This document shows positions 1-14,370 of a stretch of 64,000 nucleotides of DNA, one piece after another (positions within the stretch are counted from its first letter, which is position 1; each line of letters begins with the position of its first letter). The notes beneath the pieces are model-generated. The model did no database searches. It was not told the origin of the DNA and saw only the letters and a program-made list of their open reading frames with translations. The position numbers and the translations under genes were made by a program. The stretch spans positions 1,612,001-1,676,000 of the forward strand of contig OZ176059.1 in NCBI GenBank assembly GCA_964247055.1. Direction: 5' to 3'. The stretch comes from Paragordius varius. Its lineage: Eukaryota > Animalia > Nematomorpha.

Positions 1-700
1 AAATATATATATTGACACCTTCACTTTTGTAAATTTAAACTTCTGAGCATTTCGAATTTACAGCTTTATTAGAAAATTTCTAGAATTCACCTTTAAAAAT
101 TTTTCATCACCTTCAATCATTGCTACTTACCCTTGGGAAAAATAAATAACCAATTATGATCTATATATTTTTAGCATAGTTTATTTTTCTATCAGATATT
201 AATTTGTAAATATTATAATTTTTTTGATTTCATATATAAATTGTTAATTTTATGCCTTCAAGTAAATTAAAAAAATACAAATTAAACTTATAACTGAAAA
301 ATTTAATTTCGTTAGATGCCATTTTCGTCAAAGATGGCAATAAGTAATATAATAACTAAAATTATTAAAGCATTAACTAATTTATATTTTTACAGGTTAT
401 TAATTGCAAATAAATAAATTTATAACCAAATATCATTTCAAATAAGTATTTATCTTTTTCATCATTTTTTTGTTGAGAACCCGAAATGGATTCTAGCATA
501 AAATCAATAGTTATATGTATAAAACGTTTACAAACAGTAGGTAGCTAGCTAGCTTATCATTTAAAAACGCTTTTATCTTAATTGGGTTAGATATCACCCA
601 GGGAGGGGGTATTTATATATATATAAAATAACCCAATTTTCGTTAGACCGTAACACATTAGATTTATTCTAATTTATCAAAAAATTTATTTCATGCAATT

Positions 701-3181
701 ATGAATGATTCTTCTTCTTATTCTCCGTACGTTTTTAAAATCTGTAGCAATTCTCGTAACTTGGTAAAATATACGGGGTACTTCGATATAACCCGTTATA
801 CTCAATTGTTATGTATCATAGTGTTGAGTGCTTTGGGTATTAGCCTGAATGGTTGGATAGGCTTAGTGCTACATTGCTGGTACAAAAGTTTGAAAACTAA
901 TTATGATTTGCACACTTCACAGCAAACGGTGATGAGAAAGCGAGCAAATTTACATGCATATCAGTATGTCAAAGGTCTGGCCCTCAGTAATGGACTCTTG
1001 TGCCTTTTTACGTTGGCTTGGTATGTGTGGAGTTTAATTTTATGGAGACAGTTTACGAAAATATTTTATCCCAGTAGTAGTTCCGAAATTAATGACAATA
1101 CTATTGTTGTTGATTACAGTAGAGCTAATACAATCATCTCTATGTATCGCACCTCGAAATACAATGGAACAATTTTTAGTGCAAATATCAACTCTAATAG
1201 ATCTATCATGTGTCCGTACATCATACAAATTGGTGATGAGTTTGATAAACACTTAAATTCTTCCTTTTCCTTTTATTATTATTATATTTCAGCTACAAAA
1301 TATCATGACTACATGGGTAATCAAAAAATCGAAAGTCAAATCTTATCCAAAATTATTCAATCTTTACAACACTTATCCCTGGCACTTAAATGGCGAGCCT
1401 TGTTAATAAGGTATGGTATGTCCTACCTCCTACCCTGGGGTCAAAAAATTGCATTTGTCCGCACGGTGGCCCTAATAAGTGACAGATATATCGCCATCAG
1501 ATATCCCACAAGGAGTAAAAGTTTGAGAGCTAATCCAGCTTACACCCTATTCCCATACCTTATGTCATTCCTGATATTATTGACTGAAATTCCAAACATA
1601 TATATCCGTGCCATTCAAATATACCCAATAACTATATATAGCGTGTCCAATTACATGGCTGATGCAAAAAGTAAGCCTATATATGTGAATAAATGTATCT
1701 GGTTAAAGTGTAGGAGTTTAATAGTTAGTAATGGGCAAGTGACTAAAATTGATTAACGCGATTAATATTTGTATGCCTCTTTAAACTTTACATATTATAG
1801 TATAAAAAGGAAAGGGTGAACTACTTTACATAGAACTCTTTTTTGAAGCAAACAGCTTTGTGTTGTAGAAATTATGGACATAATAACAGGGTAGACGGAT
1901 GATGATATAACTTTTTAAACAGCATCACCCCTATTTTTTAATAAGACTGGTGTATCCACTTTAATATATCATCGATTTGGTCATTTGTTCAAACGTATAA
2001 GGTTTTTTCTAATATGTAATGCAGTTTAGCTGAAAATATTAAATAGTTTGTAAATGCATACAATCTTTCCAGTTTTCTAGCTATTTATCGTTATTTTTAG
2101 ATAATAATTTGTCATTGGCAACGAATGAAATGTTCCATCTAACTCCTGTATATAATGTGAGTTTTTACACAAATGTGATAGCTATTTCGGCTATGAATTT
2201 GAGGTACCCGTATCTACCATATTTTTTGTTTGGCCGAGAACTCATGTATATCTCAACTTTCCCAACACTCCTGGTTATTATAGCAATAAAACTTTTAAGC
2301 ACATTATGGGCAATGCAATCCGTAAAGCAACGCGTTAATACAAGGCAAAAATTGACAAATAGCGTCTCTAATGTACCAGGTAGATTATATATTTAATAGG
2401 TCTAGTTTCAAGGGCGTATTTAGTAAGTACTACTCAAATTTATAAATATGATAAAATTTTCTTCAATATATGTATAGATCAAACAAGTGTCGCAAATCCA
2501 TCCATTATTATACAACAATTAAATCAGATAACTTGCGAGAAAACAAAAGTTGACACCATGACAAACAGGAATAAATTTAATTTAGATAATAATGTTAAAG
2601 GTAGAACTAGTCAGGAAAATAAAATGAAGAACTTAATGACTAAATCAGCAACATTTGATGCAATTCCAAGCATGACATCAGTTTTTCCCTCAGAGCGACC
2701 TATCTTACTTTGTACGACGAAATTTAACAAGAGTCTGAATGTATTGAATGTACCTAGTACAGAAGCTGGACCCACAACATCCAAGCAACTTGAACAAAAT
2801 AATGAACCCAATAATAACAATATATGGTTAAAAGCGGCCAAAAAAATGAGCCATTTATTTTGCCTCTCCATCATAGCCATTTTATGTGTCATACCGTATG
2901 AAATTGCACGTATTCACATGTTCATTTGGACAATCAAACAACTTAACAAAATTATACCAAGCGTTAAGCGATACAATGTGTTAAATAACTACAAAACAAC
3001 GGCTTTCGGAAGGGACGATCAACATTTACAAAATGTTAGCCATGAAATAAGACTGGAAAAATTTTTTCCATTCCCTTTGGTATTGCTTGATTTGTTGAAT
3101 TATGTTTTCTACATATTCGCCTACATGTTGATTGACCGAAACCTAAAACGACAAACTTTAGGCAAATGTTTATCGAAATAG
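701..3181 (+). CDS. Rhodopsin-family (class A) peptide GPCR, FMRFamide/myosuppressin/sex-peptide-receptor-like, 3 coding exons
   Basis: Exons 701-1670, 2101-2380, 2478-3181, all phase-compatible (donors GTAAGC at 1671 and GTAGAT at 2381; acceptors TTTAG at 2100 and TATAG at 2477). Seven hydrophobic segments with class A motifs: TM1 LGISLNG, TM2 LALSN, TM3 DRYIAIRYP, TM4 LLTEIP, TM5 FPTLLVII, TM6 LCVIPY, TM7 LNYVFYIFAY. A 60-nt in-frame intron 1233-1292 is possible. Confidence 0.8.
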
Positions 3182-4040
3182 TTGACACTATCATACACTT
3201 CAGAGATAACAAGAAAAAAGACTAAATCAATATGTACAAGAGCAATTTTTACAAACAGTATTAGACGATTCAAAAAAGGGGTTGTAAATTATTTAAAAAG
3301 CCTGTCTCAATATTATAAAAACACTTTTTTTATAATTTAATGGTGTATAATATCTTAGAATGTAATTTTTATGCTTTTGATTGTTGTGCCAATTACGGAT
3401 GTAAAAATATTGCGTTTTAAATTGTAGAAAAACGAAAACTGAAATTTACGAAAGTTTCGGAATAATCGAACTATTTATCAAACTTAAAGGGTGTCAAACT
3501 AAATCCTGATATTGTATTGATCTAAAACTGTTTTTTAAAATTTCATCCAGAATTTGTGTATCTTGTTTTATGTAAAAATTGGAATATGTTATGAAAAAAT
3601 AAGAGATTTAATATTAATTTAGTTTATATACATATATATATTCAAATATTGTTAAATTTATATTATCTGTTATAATTGTTATAAAATAAATAGATATTTT
3701 GAGTTGAATTTTTACGATCATAATATATTAGTGTTTTAACAAAAACTTACAAAAGGACAATGCCAGTTAAGGCATATAAAAAAAGCAACGCAGAATAAAC
3801 AAAGCAATAATAAATACACCGATAAGAAGCAAAATGGTATTTTAAAGGAATCCCCTTTTGCCTCTCGGAATTTTAATTTACCAAAATGTTAACAAAATTT
3901 TTGGCCATAAGATGAAAAACACTAATATAATAACTTTCATTGTTATGAATGCAGTTTGGTTAAAAAAAATTAAAATTTCTATTGGCTTCCTCAATTTAAA
4001 AAGAATTTGACTTTGCTGATGATTAAAATGACTACTTGTG

Positions 4041-4071
<31 letters not shown>

Positions 4072-4108
4072 CATATATATTGATATAGATATAAATTATT
4101 AGATGTAC

Positions 4109-7100
4109 CTGTTCATTTGTCACGCGTCCAAGTGTCGATATAGTAGAACTTGTAAGACAATTGCCACATATCTTAATTTCATTAGTATTTTCTTTCCGCA
4201 TCGGAGTCAATTGTGTTATAGTATCTCCATCTTTGATAGGAGATTTGTTAGGGGAATAGGTTGAAGCATTTGCGGTTTGAGGTGACCATTTGTGGTTTGA
4301 GGTTATAGGTGATGTGTGGCCGGTAGGAGGTGAAATATTAAAGATGGGATATTTTATGTCCATACTACTTTTATTTCGTGGTGACATTATTTTGGGGGAT
4401 GTCGCGTTTGCATTGTCATTGTCGTTAATGGATGATGGAATTATAGTGACATTTGGTAGGGTGGAATTTGGATTTTTTGTGAAATCTTTACCTTATATGG
4501 GTATAATATATTATATGAAAAACATTAGGTTAAAAAAATAAAAACATTTTTTATGAAATATTTATCCTAAATTTATTTTTTAATATATAAACTTATTACA
4601 ACATATGAACGGTCTTCAATATGCCGCCCGCGATACACCATTCCACACCATTTTGTGCGGCCGGCAAAATTTTTGAATTTTTGAAATAAAGTCTTTTTAT
4701 AATTTGCAATAATATTTATATATCATTTTTCGCTTCAAAATATTTTCAACATCCATGCTAATTCGCTTATATTAATTTTATTAATTGCTGAATATTTTAA
4801 TCACCATGGATTTTTCAATTAAAATTATTTAAATATTAGATCCTTAAATACTTATACTCATTTTATTATTTGATTGAATTTTAACCATTATCAGTTCTAT
4901 ATAAATTAGTTTATATTATTTTTTAAATGAGGTCCGTGAAGCCATCTATGTTGACCTCTGATTTAAAGTATATTTTTTAGTGTTTATAAAATGTTTTACC
5001 CTTAATTTCTCCATCGATACCGAACGGGTTGATCATATGTTTAAATCAAAAAAGACAGGCGCAAAGAAAAAGGACTTTTAAATAAAAGATTATTTCTAAC
5101 TCACAAATGACGCTTCTCTTTTAAATATCGAGCTTATTGATGCACGAGCATACAAATCGTATTATCAAAAAATTGCCATTTCGTTCAAGGAAACATCTTC
5201 ACAAACAACCGACTGCATAAAAAAAGTTTTAGATATATTTTCCTTAATGCAATGTCTCCGTTTTTATCGAATAATTCAAGTCTTTCTACCGAATATACTA
5301 AAATCCTGATTCGTTATTTTTGAAAACCATCAATAATAACGGATCAAATATGCAAAACTCTAACGCATCTTTTAAATTTAACCCTTATTTCACATATATA
5401 AAATAATTTCATCATGATTACCTTGTTTTTTGTTGCTGACTAGATTAGAGGGTGAAAGATTTGATGAATGTCCCGACAAATTTTCATAAAATAACTTGGT
5501 TCTCAGAGCTGAGGTATGGATCTTGTGTGGAAATGTGAGAGAGGAACGTTTTAAACCACCATTAGAGCTGTTACCATTATTATTTGTAGGGTTAGGCTTT
5601 AGGGGGTTACTTCTTCTATTGTGAGGGGATAACTTTTTCGTTTGTTGCAGTAAAGGTGACAATACAGCAGGCGATGGTAAAAACTTTGGATTTGAGGTTG
5701 CGCCATGATTTAAAGTCGGACAAACAATCGTTTCAGTTACTGTAAGTGTAGGGAAAATAATAGTTTGCATTTCAGAAATTGTTCCCAAATTTGTCGGGCA
5801 ACAATATGTGGCCTTTGGTAATGATATGTTATGACGGTCATGATCATTAATATTTACGGTTTGGATTTGGCTTAAATCATTGCTTACATACATATCGTTG
5901 TTGATAGAATTTTTTATGCATGTACCATCGTACTTAACCAAAGGGTGTATGTGTAAATTTTTTGCACATTCAAACGTTGTACCATTTTCCACACTCTTTA
6001 CCTTGGTGGTGACATTAGGTTTATTTGATGCAGAAAAGGATTTATCAGTGGTTATTTTGCTATTAACATTTAAGCATTCCATAGAGGATGCTCTTTGCAA
6101 TTTCCCATAAATTTTATCCAGGTCTTTAATGAAGGCCGGTTTACAAGACCTAATTACCGCCGAACATGTTTCTTTACTCTTTAATGGAGACAAGGGTAAA
6201 CGATTAAAATTCTTTTTTATATTATTATCCATCTTGCTTGCATTATTAATGCAATTTTGATTTGGGCTTGTCGGTACAGAGTTTGTAAAACTATTCCGTC
6301 GCTTATACACGTCCCCTCCAATGTTGGGCGGTGGTTCTAATTCGTTTTTATTTAACTGTGTAATTTTGTTAAAATTATCATATAATTGCTTACCATCATC
6401 AGTTATGACTGGTGCATTTTTTGGCCTTATACTATTTATTTGATTATGTATAGAAGATACGGCTAACAGAGGAGTGTTTAACTGTGTTTTTTCAACTGAT
6501 GCGGGGCGATCCGGTTTTAGCGGTGATTTATCACGTATCCAATAATCATCTCTCTTTATCATGTTGTTTGTTGGTTTTTGCCCATAGAAATTATTTATAT
6601 TGCTATTGTAATTTGAATAATTTAAAGTGGAATTGGTAAAGACATTATCACAACTAAATTTTCGATTCATAGATGGTGCGCCTGATAAACTCCTTCGATG
6701 CTGTTTATTGTGAGAAACTATATCAAAACTTTTATTTTGATTAAAATTATCAGAAACTACAGTGTTTTGCGAAAAAATTTCTTGGGTAAATAGATTATTA
6801 TCAGCAGTAATCCCCCCTTTATCATTGTGAAATGATATAGCTTCATTTTGATTCATGGCACTTTTGTTGCAAGGATTAGTTTGGACTAGTTGTAGGCATG
6901 TTTGTTGTTTATAATTTGTTAATGAATTATCATTATCATTATAAATATAATTATTTTTTATTGTTGATGTTCCTTGAAAATTTGTAATGCTCTTACTATT
7001 TTCCGTTTTCTTATAATTCTTATTAATCTTATTCTTATCCTTTGTTAAGTCGTAATTTGATCCTTCCACATATTTTTCAATACCATCGCTTCTCACAGTG

Positions 7101-8365
7101 TTAATACTTTTATCCTCATAATTATTTATTGAATTATTTTCAATGTTTTTACTGTTGTGACAATTAATTTTGGAAAATGATATATTTAACTTGATAATAT
7201 CAGTCGTATTATCAATATTTATGTAATTAGAATTAGAAATATTTTCCGACATGCCATTTGAATAATTTATATTGGCAGAATTATCGACCGTGTCGATTAT
7301 TTTAGCGGGAGTTTTGGGTAGCGGGCTTTGAGATTCAGACCGATGGGCTATATTTTGTGGTGCTGTTGTTAAATCTTCAACTGATGGACGGTTTTTCCAA
7401 CTTCTAGACCTAAGAAACCTTGACCTTTCCGTACTAAATAAATATTTATTTTTTAAGATATTATTATTATCTAAATCACCATTTAGGTTCCAACTAGTTT
7501 GTCGCTCCTCTCCTATGGTATTGTGTTGTTCATTCCAACAAGTTTTTTTGATGTAAGCATGGTTTTGAAAGACATGACTAGTCGTATATTTGTGGGGTGT
7601 TTTCCCACCCCGACCCCTTGCAAAAATTGATGGGCGCTCTGGCCATACATTACCATTCGTAATATTTTCTACAGTATAATTTGAATCAGACATTACACTT
7701 GTATTTGAGTATGTAACCAATGAATTTTCTAGCGTAACACTATATTCTTGTTGTTCTTGGGTAGTTATAACTGTCGGAGTTTGCGACGAAAACTTTTCAT
7801 CAATGGCGCACTCATTAATATTCAAGGGTACTGTTCGTCGTCTGCTTACATTATATTGCTTTTGTGCCAAAAAGGTATTCGTTTCATCATTACCATTAAT
7901 TTGATTACTACTACCAATATTATTATTATTATTGAATATATCGTTATTATCTTGTATCAATGTATGGGCAAAATTATACGGTCCTCTAGATTTATCGACG
8001 ACACAAGGTGTGTTTGCACCATTAATGTTTTGGTTGGGATCATTTTTACCCCTAGAAAATATGTTATTATTATTTACAAAATTTTCGGTTGTAAAATTAT
8101 CGGACAAGTAGGTAGTATTCAAAGGTATGGCGGCATTTGAGTTAACAATATCTTTAGTTTGCTTTTCTCTGTTGTTAGATTGAAACATTGTTGAAACTAT
8201 GGAAGAATTTGTTAAAACTGTTGAAGGCACGAGATTAGTAGGATTTGATATATCTTTAACAGATTTTGAGAATTGACTCTTTAATTTTTCGACCAGGCCT
8301 CGATGTAGTATAGCTTCATCAAGTCCTTTATCACGCATTTCGTTCAATACTGATTTATAAGGCTT
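4109..8365 (-). CDS. Large Asn/Ser-rich, probably disordered protein of unknown family (multi-exon; both ends unresolved)
   Basis: The 985-codon ORF 5390-8347 has a donor (CAAG|GTAATC at 5421) that joins in phase to the exon 4491-4109 (G|GT AAA GAT... KKQGKDFTKNPNS...MSPRNK...NEQ|GTACAT). A hydrophobic coding-like stretch at about 3750-3870 may be a last exon. The 5' exons were not resolved. Confidence 0.65.
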
Positions 8366-9650
8366 CTGAGGGCGGTTAATGAAAATATTAAATATTAGAT
8401 TTTATAAACAATGAAGCAATTGATATAATGTAAAATGTGGATTTTTAATATAAATAATATCAGTGTGGATAGGTTAAATAAAATTTAAATTTAGAATAAG
8501 TATTAGAACATACTCTGGGTTTAAAAACTTTACCACATTAATTTGTTAATGATTTAAATTAAGAGATAAAACAATATTTTTAGTTAAAGAGCAAAAATAT
8601 AGGAATTTTTAGAAATATATTAATAAAAAATATGAACAAAAAAATTTATTTTTTATTACATAAATTTATTATCAATTTAACATTTATAATATATATGTTT
8701 TATGTTTCTCAATAAAACATTCACATTACATAATATTGTAGCTCTAATATATATGATAAAATTTTTATAAAAATATTATTTATATTACAATATTTTTATG
8801 TTAATTATTTTATAATGAATTAATTAAATTTGTACAAAAAACTTATTTTATTGATAAACATTAATTATAATTTATTAATATAAATATTAACATATAAAAG
8901 TATTCTATTAGTAATAAAAAATAAAAAAATAAAATAAATAATTTTTACCTGTAATCGTTACCATTATATATGCGATACACACATCTTGAAATTAATTTTT
9001 TTTTTAAAAAATAATTTTTTTGAAAGAAAAATTAATTTTTAAAAAAATATAAAAAAATTTATTTTCATATTTAAATTAGATTATAAAAAATTAAAAAAAA
9101 GTGGATTCTAATCTCCGCTTTAATTAACGGTAAATTCCTACCATATTGTGTAGCACACTGTTTTTTCCAGGATAGAAAAATCAATAAATATGTTATGTAA
9201 AAAAAATTTTTTTTTGCAAATTTTAAAGTATATAAATATATATATATATAATAAAAAACATGTAATTTATAATATATATATATTAAAAATTTTAAATGAA
9301 CATTAAACAACTGGCCATTTAAACATATAAAAATATTTTTTATAAATATATAGATTTTCAGATATTTTTTACACATATACATGTATATCACACTTTATTT
9401 TATGTGGTAATTTTTGTTATAAAACTATTTGCAATGATGATTGGCCCAACTTTTTAATATGGTCCATGAAAAAATAAACTGAAAAATTGGTCAGAAAGCA
9501 GGTCAAATATTTTAAAAAATATAAAAATTATTGAAATTGATATTTTATATACTCACACTTTTACACTTAATATTTATTAACAAAGAGAGCGATATCTCAA
9601 TAATTTAGATTTGATCTTGGGAATTCAAAAAATATTTTTTTCGTAACAGT

Positions 9651-9930
9651 TAAAACTAGATTATACGGACAAAGCATTTAAAAATATAAAGACAAATATT
9701 TTTTTCAAAAGACAACTTTACTATTTATATCTTGATATTTTAATTATAACTTATTGTTGAAAATGGCAATGTATGTAGAGATATATATATTACTACAATC
9801 AATTCTAATTATTCAATTGTACTAAATAGCTTATATAAGAAAAATTAAGGTTTAAAAAAGTATAAGTTGTCTCTTAAATAAAAATATTTGTCTTTATATT
9901 TTGACGTTTTGTACATGTCATTTCAATTTT
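9651..9930. repeat. Small inverted-repeat (MITE-like) element, TATAAAGACAAATATTTT family
   Basis: ATACGGACAAAG..TATAAAGACAAATATTTT at 9663-9702 is inverted against AAAATATTTGTCTTTATATTTTGACGTTTTGTAC at 9881-9914. Similar pairs occur near 29.26-29.52 kb and 55.42-55.70 kb. Confidence 0.5.
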
Positions 9931-11579
9931 TACTCTACATAAATAAAAAATGGTCTGGTATGTTCAGTTCGTTTTGCTATATTTTTCGAAGATACAAATG
10001 GAATTTTCGTGAAACCGTGTAGCGAAATTCCCACAGTTAAGCGCAACCGTAATTACAATCTTATTTTATTTTTTCTTATACTTTGGAGTGAAACGTTAAC
10101 ATTTTTAGTATAATTATTATTGATTGAATAATAATATTTAGAATGAACACAAATGGCTTCCTCGAGCTAGCAAAAAATCGGCGGGCCAATTTTCGAAAAA
10201 TCTATGGGCATCAATCAATATTATTTATAAAACTATACAAAAATACAAACACATTAGAAAACTCTTCATTTTACATTCGTGGCCAAAATTGTAAAAAACC
10301 TATTCAGAAATTATTAGAAAATAAGAATTTTACTTAGATTTTAGTATATAGCAATATTTTGCAAATTATGGAATAACTTATTTATATGGTACATAACCAA
10401 ATTGGTCGGCTGCATAAAATATCTCAAAGTGCCGTGTGTTGAACACCTCTGTTCCCGAACCTTTCCAAGGGAAATAGCGTCCAATAATAATTAGAAAAGA
10501 GCAAAAAATTATAAATTGAAAAATAAGGTGAAAAGACAAGCTATTTTTTTACGGCGGCATTTTAAAATATGATGCAGTTCTACCTAAAAGTTAATATCAT
10601 TACGTTGGACTTATTAATTTTATACGGGAATAGTAAAATTATAATAAATATTTTAAGGTTTCATTGTTTAGCCGAAGTGTTCCTTAAAAGCCACGTCATA
10701 TTATATTGTGGTATTTTAAAAAGGGTGAACCCTACCCAGTGGATTATTTCAAATAAGCGTTGCTTTTATAAAGATAAATAGCTGAAACCATGATTGAATC
10801 TATGCAGCACGCGTTTTCCGTTAGCGTGTTAAATTAAGATTATCTATGGTGGCGCATTTCGCTTTAGCCCTGCCCAGCAACTAAATATTCAATCTATTTT
10901 GGGATAACTTAAAACGACTATTCATTTCATAATGTTTAATATTTGAGAGTTAGTACAATCATCTATTTTGGTAGCAGTTTTTAATCGAAACATAGGCAAG
11001 TGTGTGGATAAAAGAACTATTTTAAAACGGGGCACGAGTATATTCGGTGACTGCGCAAAAATGAAAATACTCATCAAAAATAAAATTTACCCACATTTGA
11101 AAATGCTTAAAAACCAATATTTGATATAAACCACCATTTTTAGGGTCTAAAGGGTAACTCAAAAATGGCTAAAAATAATAAATAAAAGAACCATTAAAAT
11201 TGAATGAGACGACACATTTTTTCAAAATATTTCATTATTTTTCGTAAAACCGCATTTTTAGGGGGATGAACGAAAAAGCATTTATCTCAAAATGGACTAT
11301 TTCTGACCATTTGTAAGAAAATAAAAGATCCATTGTAGATTTTGAATGGGATTATGCTGTTCTGCAAAATTGTTCGGAGCGAATATTTTTTATAACCCCA
11401 TTTTCAGAGGGAGGGTGACTAAGGGCTCATAAAAATGAGCCTGTAACACCGGAGAATTTGTTAAAAATAAAAAGTACCATTTATAAAATTGAACAGGTCC
11501 ACAATATTACCACAAAATTATTGCCTACATTAATAAAAACCCTCGCTTCCACAATGTCCACAAAATAATGTCCTGTTGA

Positions 11580-13038
11580 AATATGATAGGAAAATATTTC
11601 AGGAATGCTGCATTTAATTTCAGCCCTTACGAGTGAAAGAACTATCGGAAATGGCAAAATTTGCGCATATTTTTTTGAATATTTTTTTTGGTCAAAGCTA
11701 CAGGTTTCATTCCAAAAAATATTACTAAAATATATCATAAACTACAGAGCAAAACAATATTTTTAAATTTAAATTTTATATGTGAGTCACCGAAAGTCCC
11801 AAATATTGTTCTTATAAAATGGCTAGTCTTAAAATAAACGCAAAAATTCTGGAGTCGCGCCATAATAATTTTAAATAGTTAAATTTTGATATCAACTAAA
11901 AATATTTTTAAAAAATGCATACTTTTCAAAAATTTAATTTTTAACAAAATTTGTTGAAATACTTCATACGCGTTTGAGGCATGATGGAAACGGTATAAAA
12001 ACAATTTAAGATTTTATAAATTTTTCTATTATGATGCTGAACATTTCTATTACCTCAAAATTTTAATTAAAATATTCGTCCGTCTTCCAATTTATGTTAA
12101 ATCAATATTGTATGGTTTTTTAGAAACGTTTACCAAATTTTTATGAGATGACCTTTGTATTTATAATTCTTGATAGAAAGGTTCATTATAATCAAATTAT
12201 ATAGAGTGTTTTTATTACATTCAAACGCGTTTTTACACTGTTTTCATCATGCCTTAAAATAGTATGAGGTCCGCTTCATCAATATTTTGCTAAAAATTTT
12301 ATGATGTCAAAATTTCGTATATTTTATAAATTTTTGCGCAATCCTGGCCTTTGCGCATATGTTTTAAGACAACTAGTCCATAATTGGGCTTTCGCCTACA
12401 TCTAAAAATTAATTTTTTTACAATACTCTTTTTTTTATAGGTGAACTTTAGTGATATTTTTTGATATGTATCATTTATTTTTCAAAAAAAAATTTTAATA
12501 CAAGAAATGTGCCCAAATTTGGCAAATATTTGATATGGAGTACTCACCACAAAAGTGTAAATAGCTTTCGTACAATGTTTCAACAAAATTTTACTAAAAA
12601 TTAAATTTTTAAAAATGCACTTTAAAAAAAATATTTTTAGTTGATATCAAAATATTACTATTTAAAAATTTTATGGTGCGATTCCAGCATTTTTGCGTTT
12701 AATTTAAGACAACTAGCCCATTTTATAAGAAGTAAAATATTTGGGACTTTCGGGGCATCACATCTAAAATTTAAAATTTCTTAAAAATATTGTTTTGCTT
12801 TTTGTAGTTTATGATATATTTTAGTAATATTTTTTGAAATGAAACATCTAGCTTTCACCAAAAAAAATATTTAGAAAAATATGCGCAAATTTTGCCATTT
12901 TCTAATATTTCTTTCCCTCGTAAGGGCTGAAACCAAAAGCACCCATGATTATCCTAATACATTTTCCGATCAGAATATATATATATATATATATGTTTCA
13001 TCATTTTAATTTTTATACCCCCGATTTTCGACGCAGTG
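11580..13038. mobile_element. Foldback (long-TIR) non-autonomous DNA element
   Basis: Arms at about 11580-11950 and 12575-12960 are inverted copies (for example CAGCCCTTACGAGTGAAAGA vs CTTTCCCTCGTAAGGGCTG), with an inner inverted pair at about 11960-12010 and 12225-12280. The right end is CCCCCGATTTTCGACGCAGTG. The left end is uncertain and may extend to about 11050. Confidence 0.7.
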
Positions 13039-13857
13039 ATGTATAGTAGGATGAGAGGTCAATTGAAAACAATGGCCAACGCATTTAACACTGGGAATAT
13101 TCATTTAAGTCTATTGATTCGAATTGGAATCGTCAGGCATGTTTAAAATTTAATACTTCAAAAAATATATAATGAAATGAGAAACCATGATATATATAAA
13201 AAAATATTTAAAAATACGTAATATTACTTATTTTAAGGGACCTAAAAGTAAAAATTTAGTCATCAAGACATGTGTGCATATAATTAAAAGTAATACAAAA
13301 TAAACCACTATTTCTAGTTCTATTAATGTTAGATGTAAATTAAATAAATAATTAGCTTTAATTTTAGCTTTAAAAAATAAACACGATATTTTTCAAAACT
13401 AAATTATATTTAGATATTTCGGCTTATTATATAATTTTTATTGGTTGCTTTTAGATATTGTTTTAAAATATCATAAAGATAATCTGGGGTATTTCGGTAC
13501 CCCAAGAATCGACGTGCTAAAAAACTAATTTTACAAGAATATGATACCGTGTACTCGGTGTATTATTAAACAAAATGTGCGGATGCTTTTTGGCAACTTA
13601 TAATTTTAAGGGATGAGAAGAAGAGCTAAATCAGATAAATGGTCCATATGCGATAAATGATTAAAAATTCGCCGAGAATTTTTGTTTATCCAAAAAAGCC
13701 CACAATTACATTTTTTTAATTTATAGCAACTATAATTTATTGTTTTGAAACATATGAGAGGAATTAAATAATTAAATATTTTAAATATTTGGAGTCTTAG
13801 ATGATTGTTTAAAATATTCAGTAAAGCATGTTTTGATCTCACATTCATACTATCAAC

Positions 13858-14370
13858 ATGATATTTTTACAGGTTAATTTTTACCTGTTTTTGTATTTTT
13901 CCTGCCTTTTTAAACGTTATCAAACTATACAATGTTATGTGTGTCATAATCAAGAAACAAATATTGGTAAATGTACCGAAACACGTATACAATGCCCAAA
14001 TCGAAGCCACAATACTTGTAAATCAGTCATACAAATGAAAAGTACTACATCCCTTCTCTTTTAATTTTTTTTACGTCCCGATTATAAATAATATTAAAAA
14101 ATGAGTTAATATAATATTTAACAGATGAAATATCATATTTTTCAATTTTATACGATAGAAGTCGATTATTGGAACATTGAAAGCCGATATCAATATGTGA
14201 TTAGTAAGAGTTGTGATACAGCCGCTAATTGTAAACGTCTTCGAAACGTTCATTATGAGGGCTATGATCCCGAAACCCAATCTAGTGTTGAAAAATGTCA
14301 TCGAAGTAAATTTTCGAATTGGACTTGCATTGAATGTTGTGAAGGCCCATCTTGCAATCACTATGTTACG
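13858..14370 (+). CDS. Ly6/uPAR three-finger protein, 12-Cys invertebrate subfamily (quiver-related / U-scoloptoxin(05)-like); final exon unresolved
   Basis: Exon 13858-14041 (signal peptide, then IQCYVCHNQETNIGKCTETRIQC...TC) joins in phase 1 to exon 14159-14370 (VDYW...ISKSCDT..C...KC....NWTCIECCEGPSCNHYVT|GTATGA). It shows the CYVC start and the CC-x4-CN end typical of LU domains. Confidence 0.8.

Noticed and set aside
5880-8140. Plus-strand ORFs 5880-6110 and 7748-8140
   Set aside because: They are antisense shadows of the 985-codon minus-strand exon.
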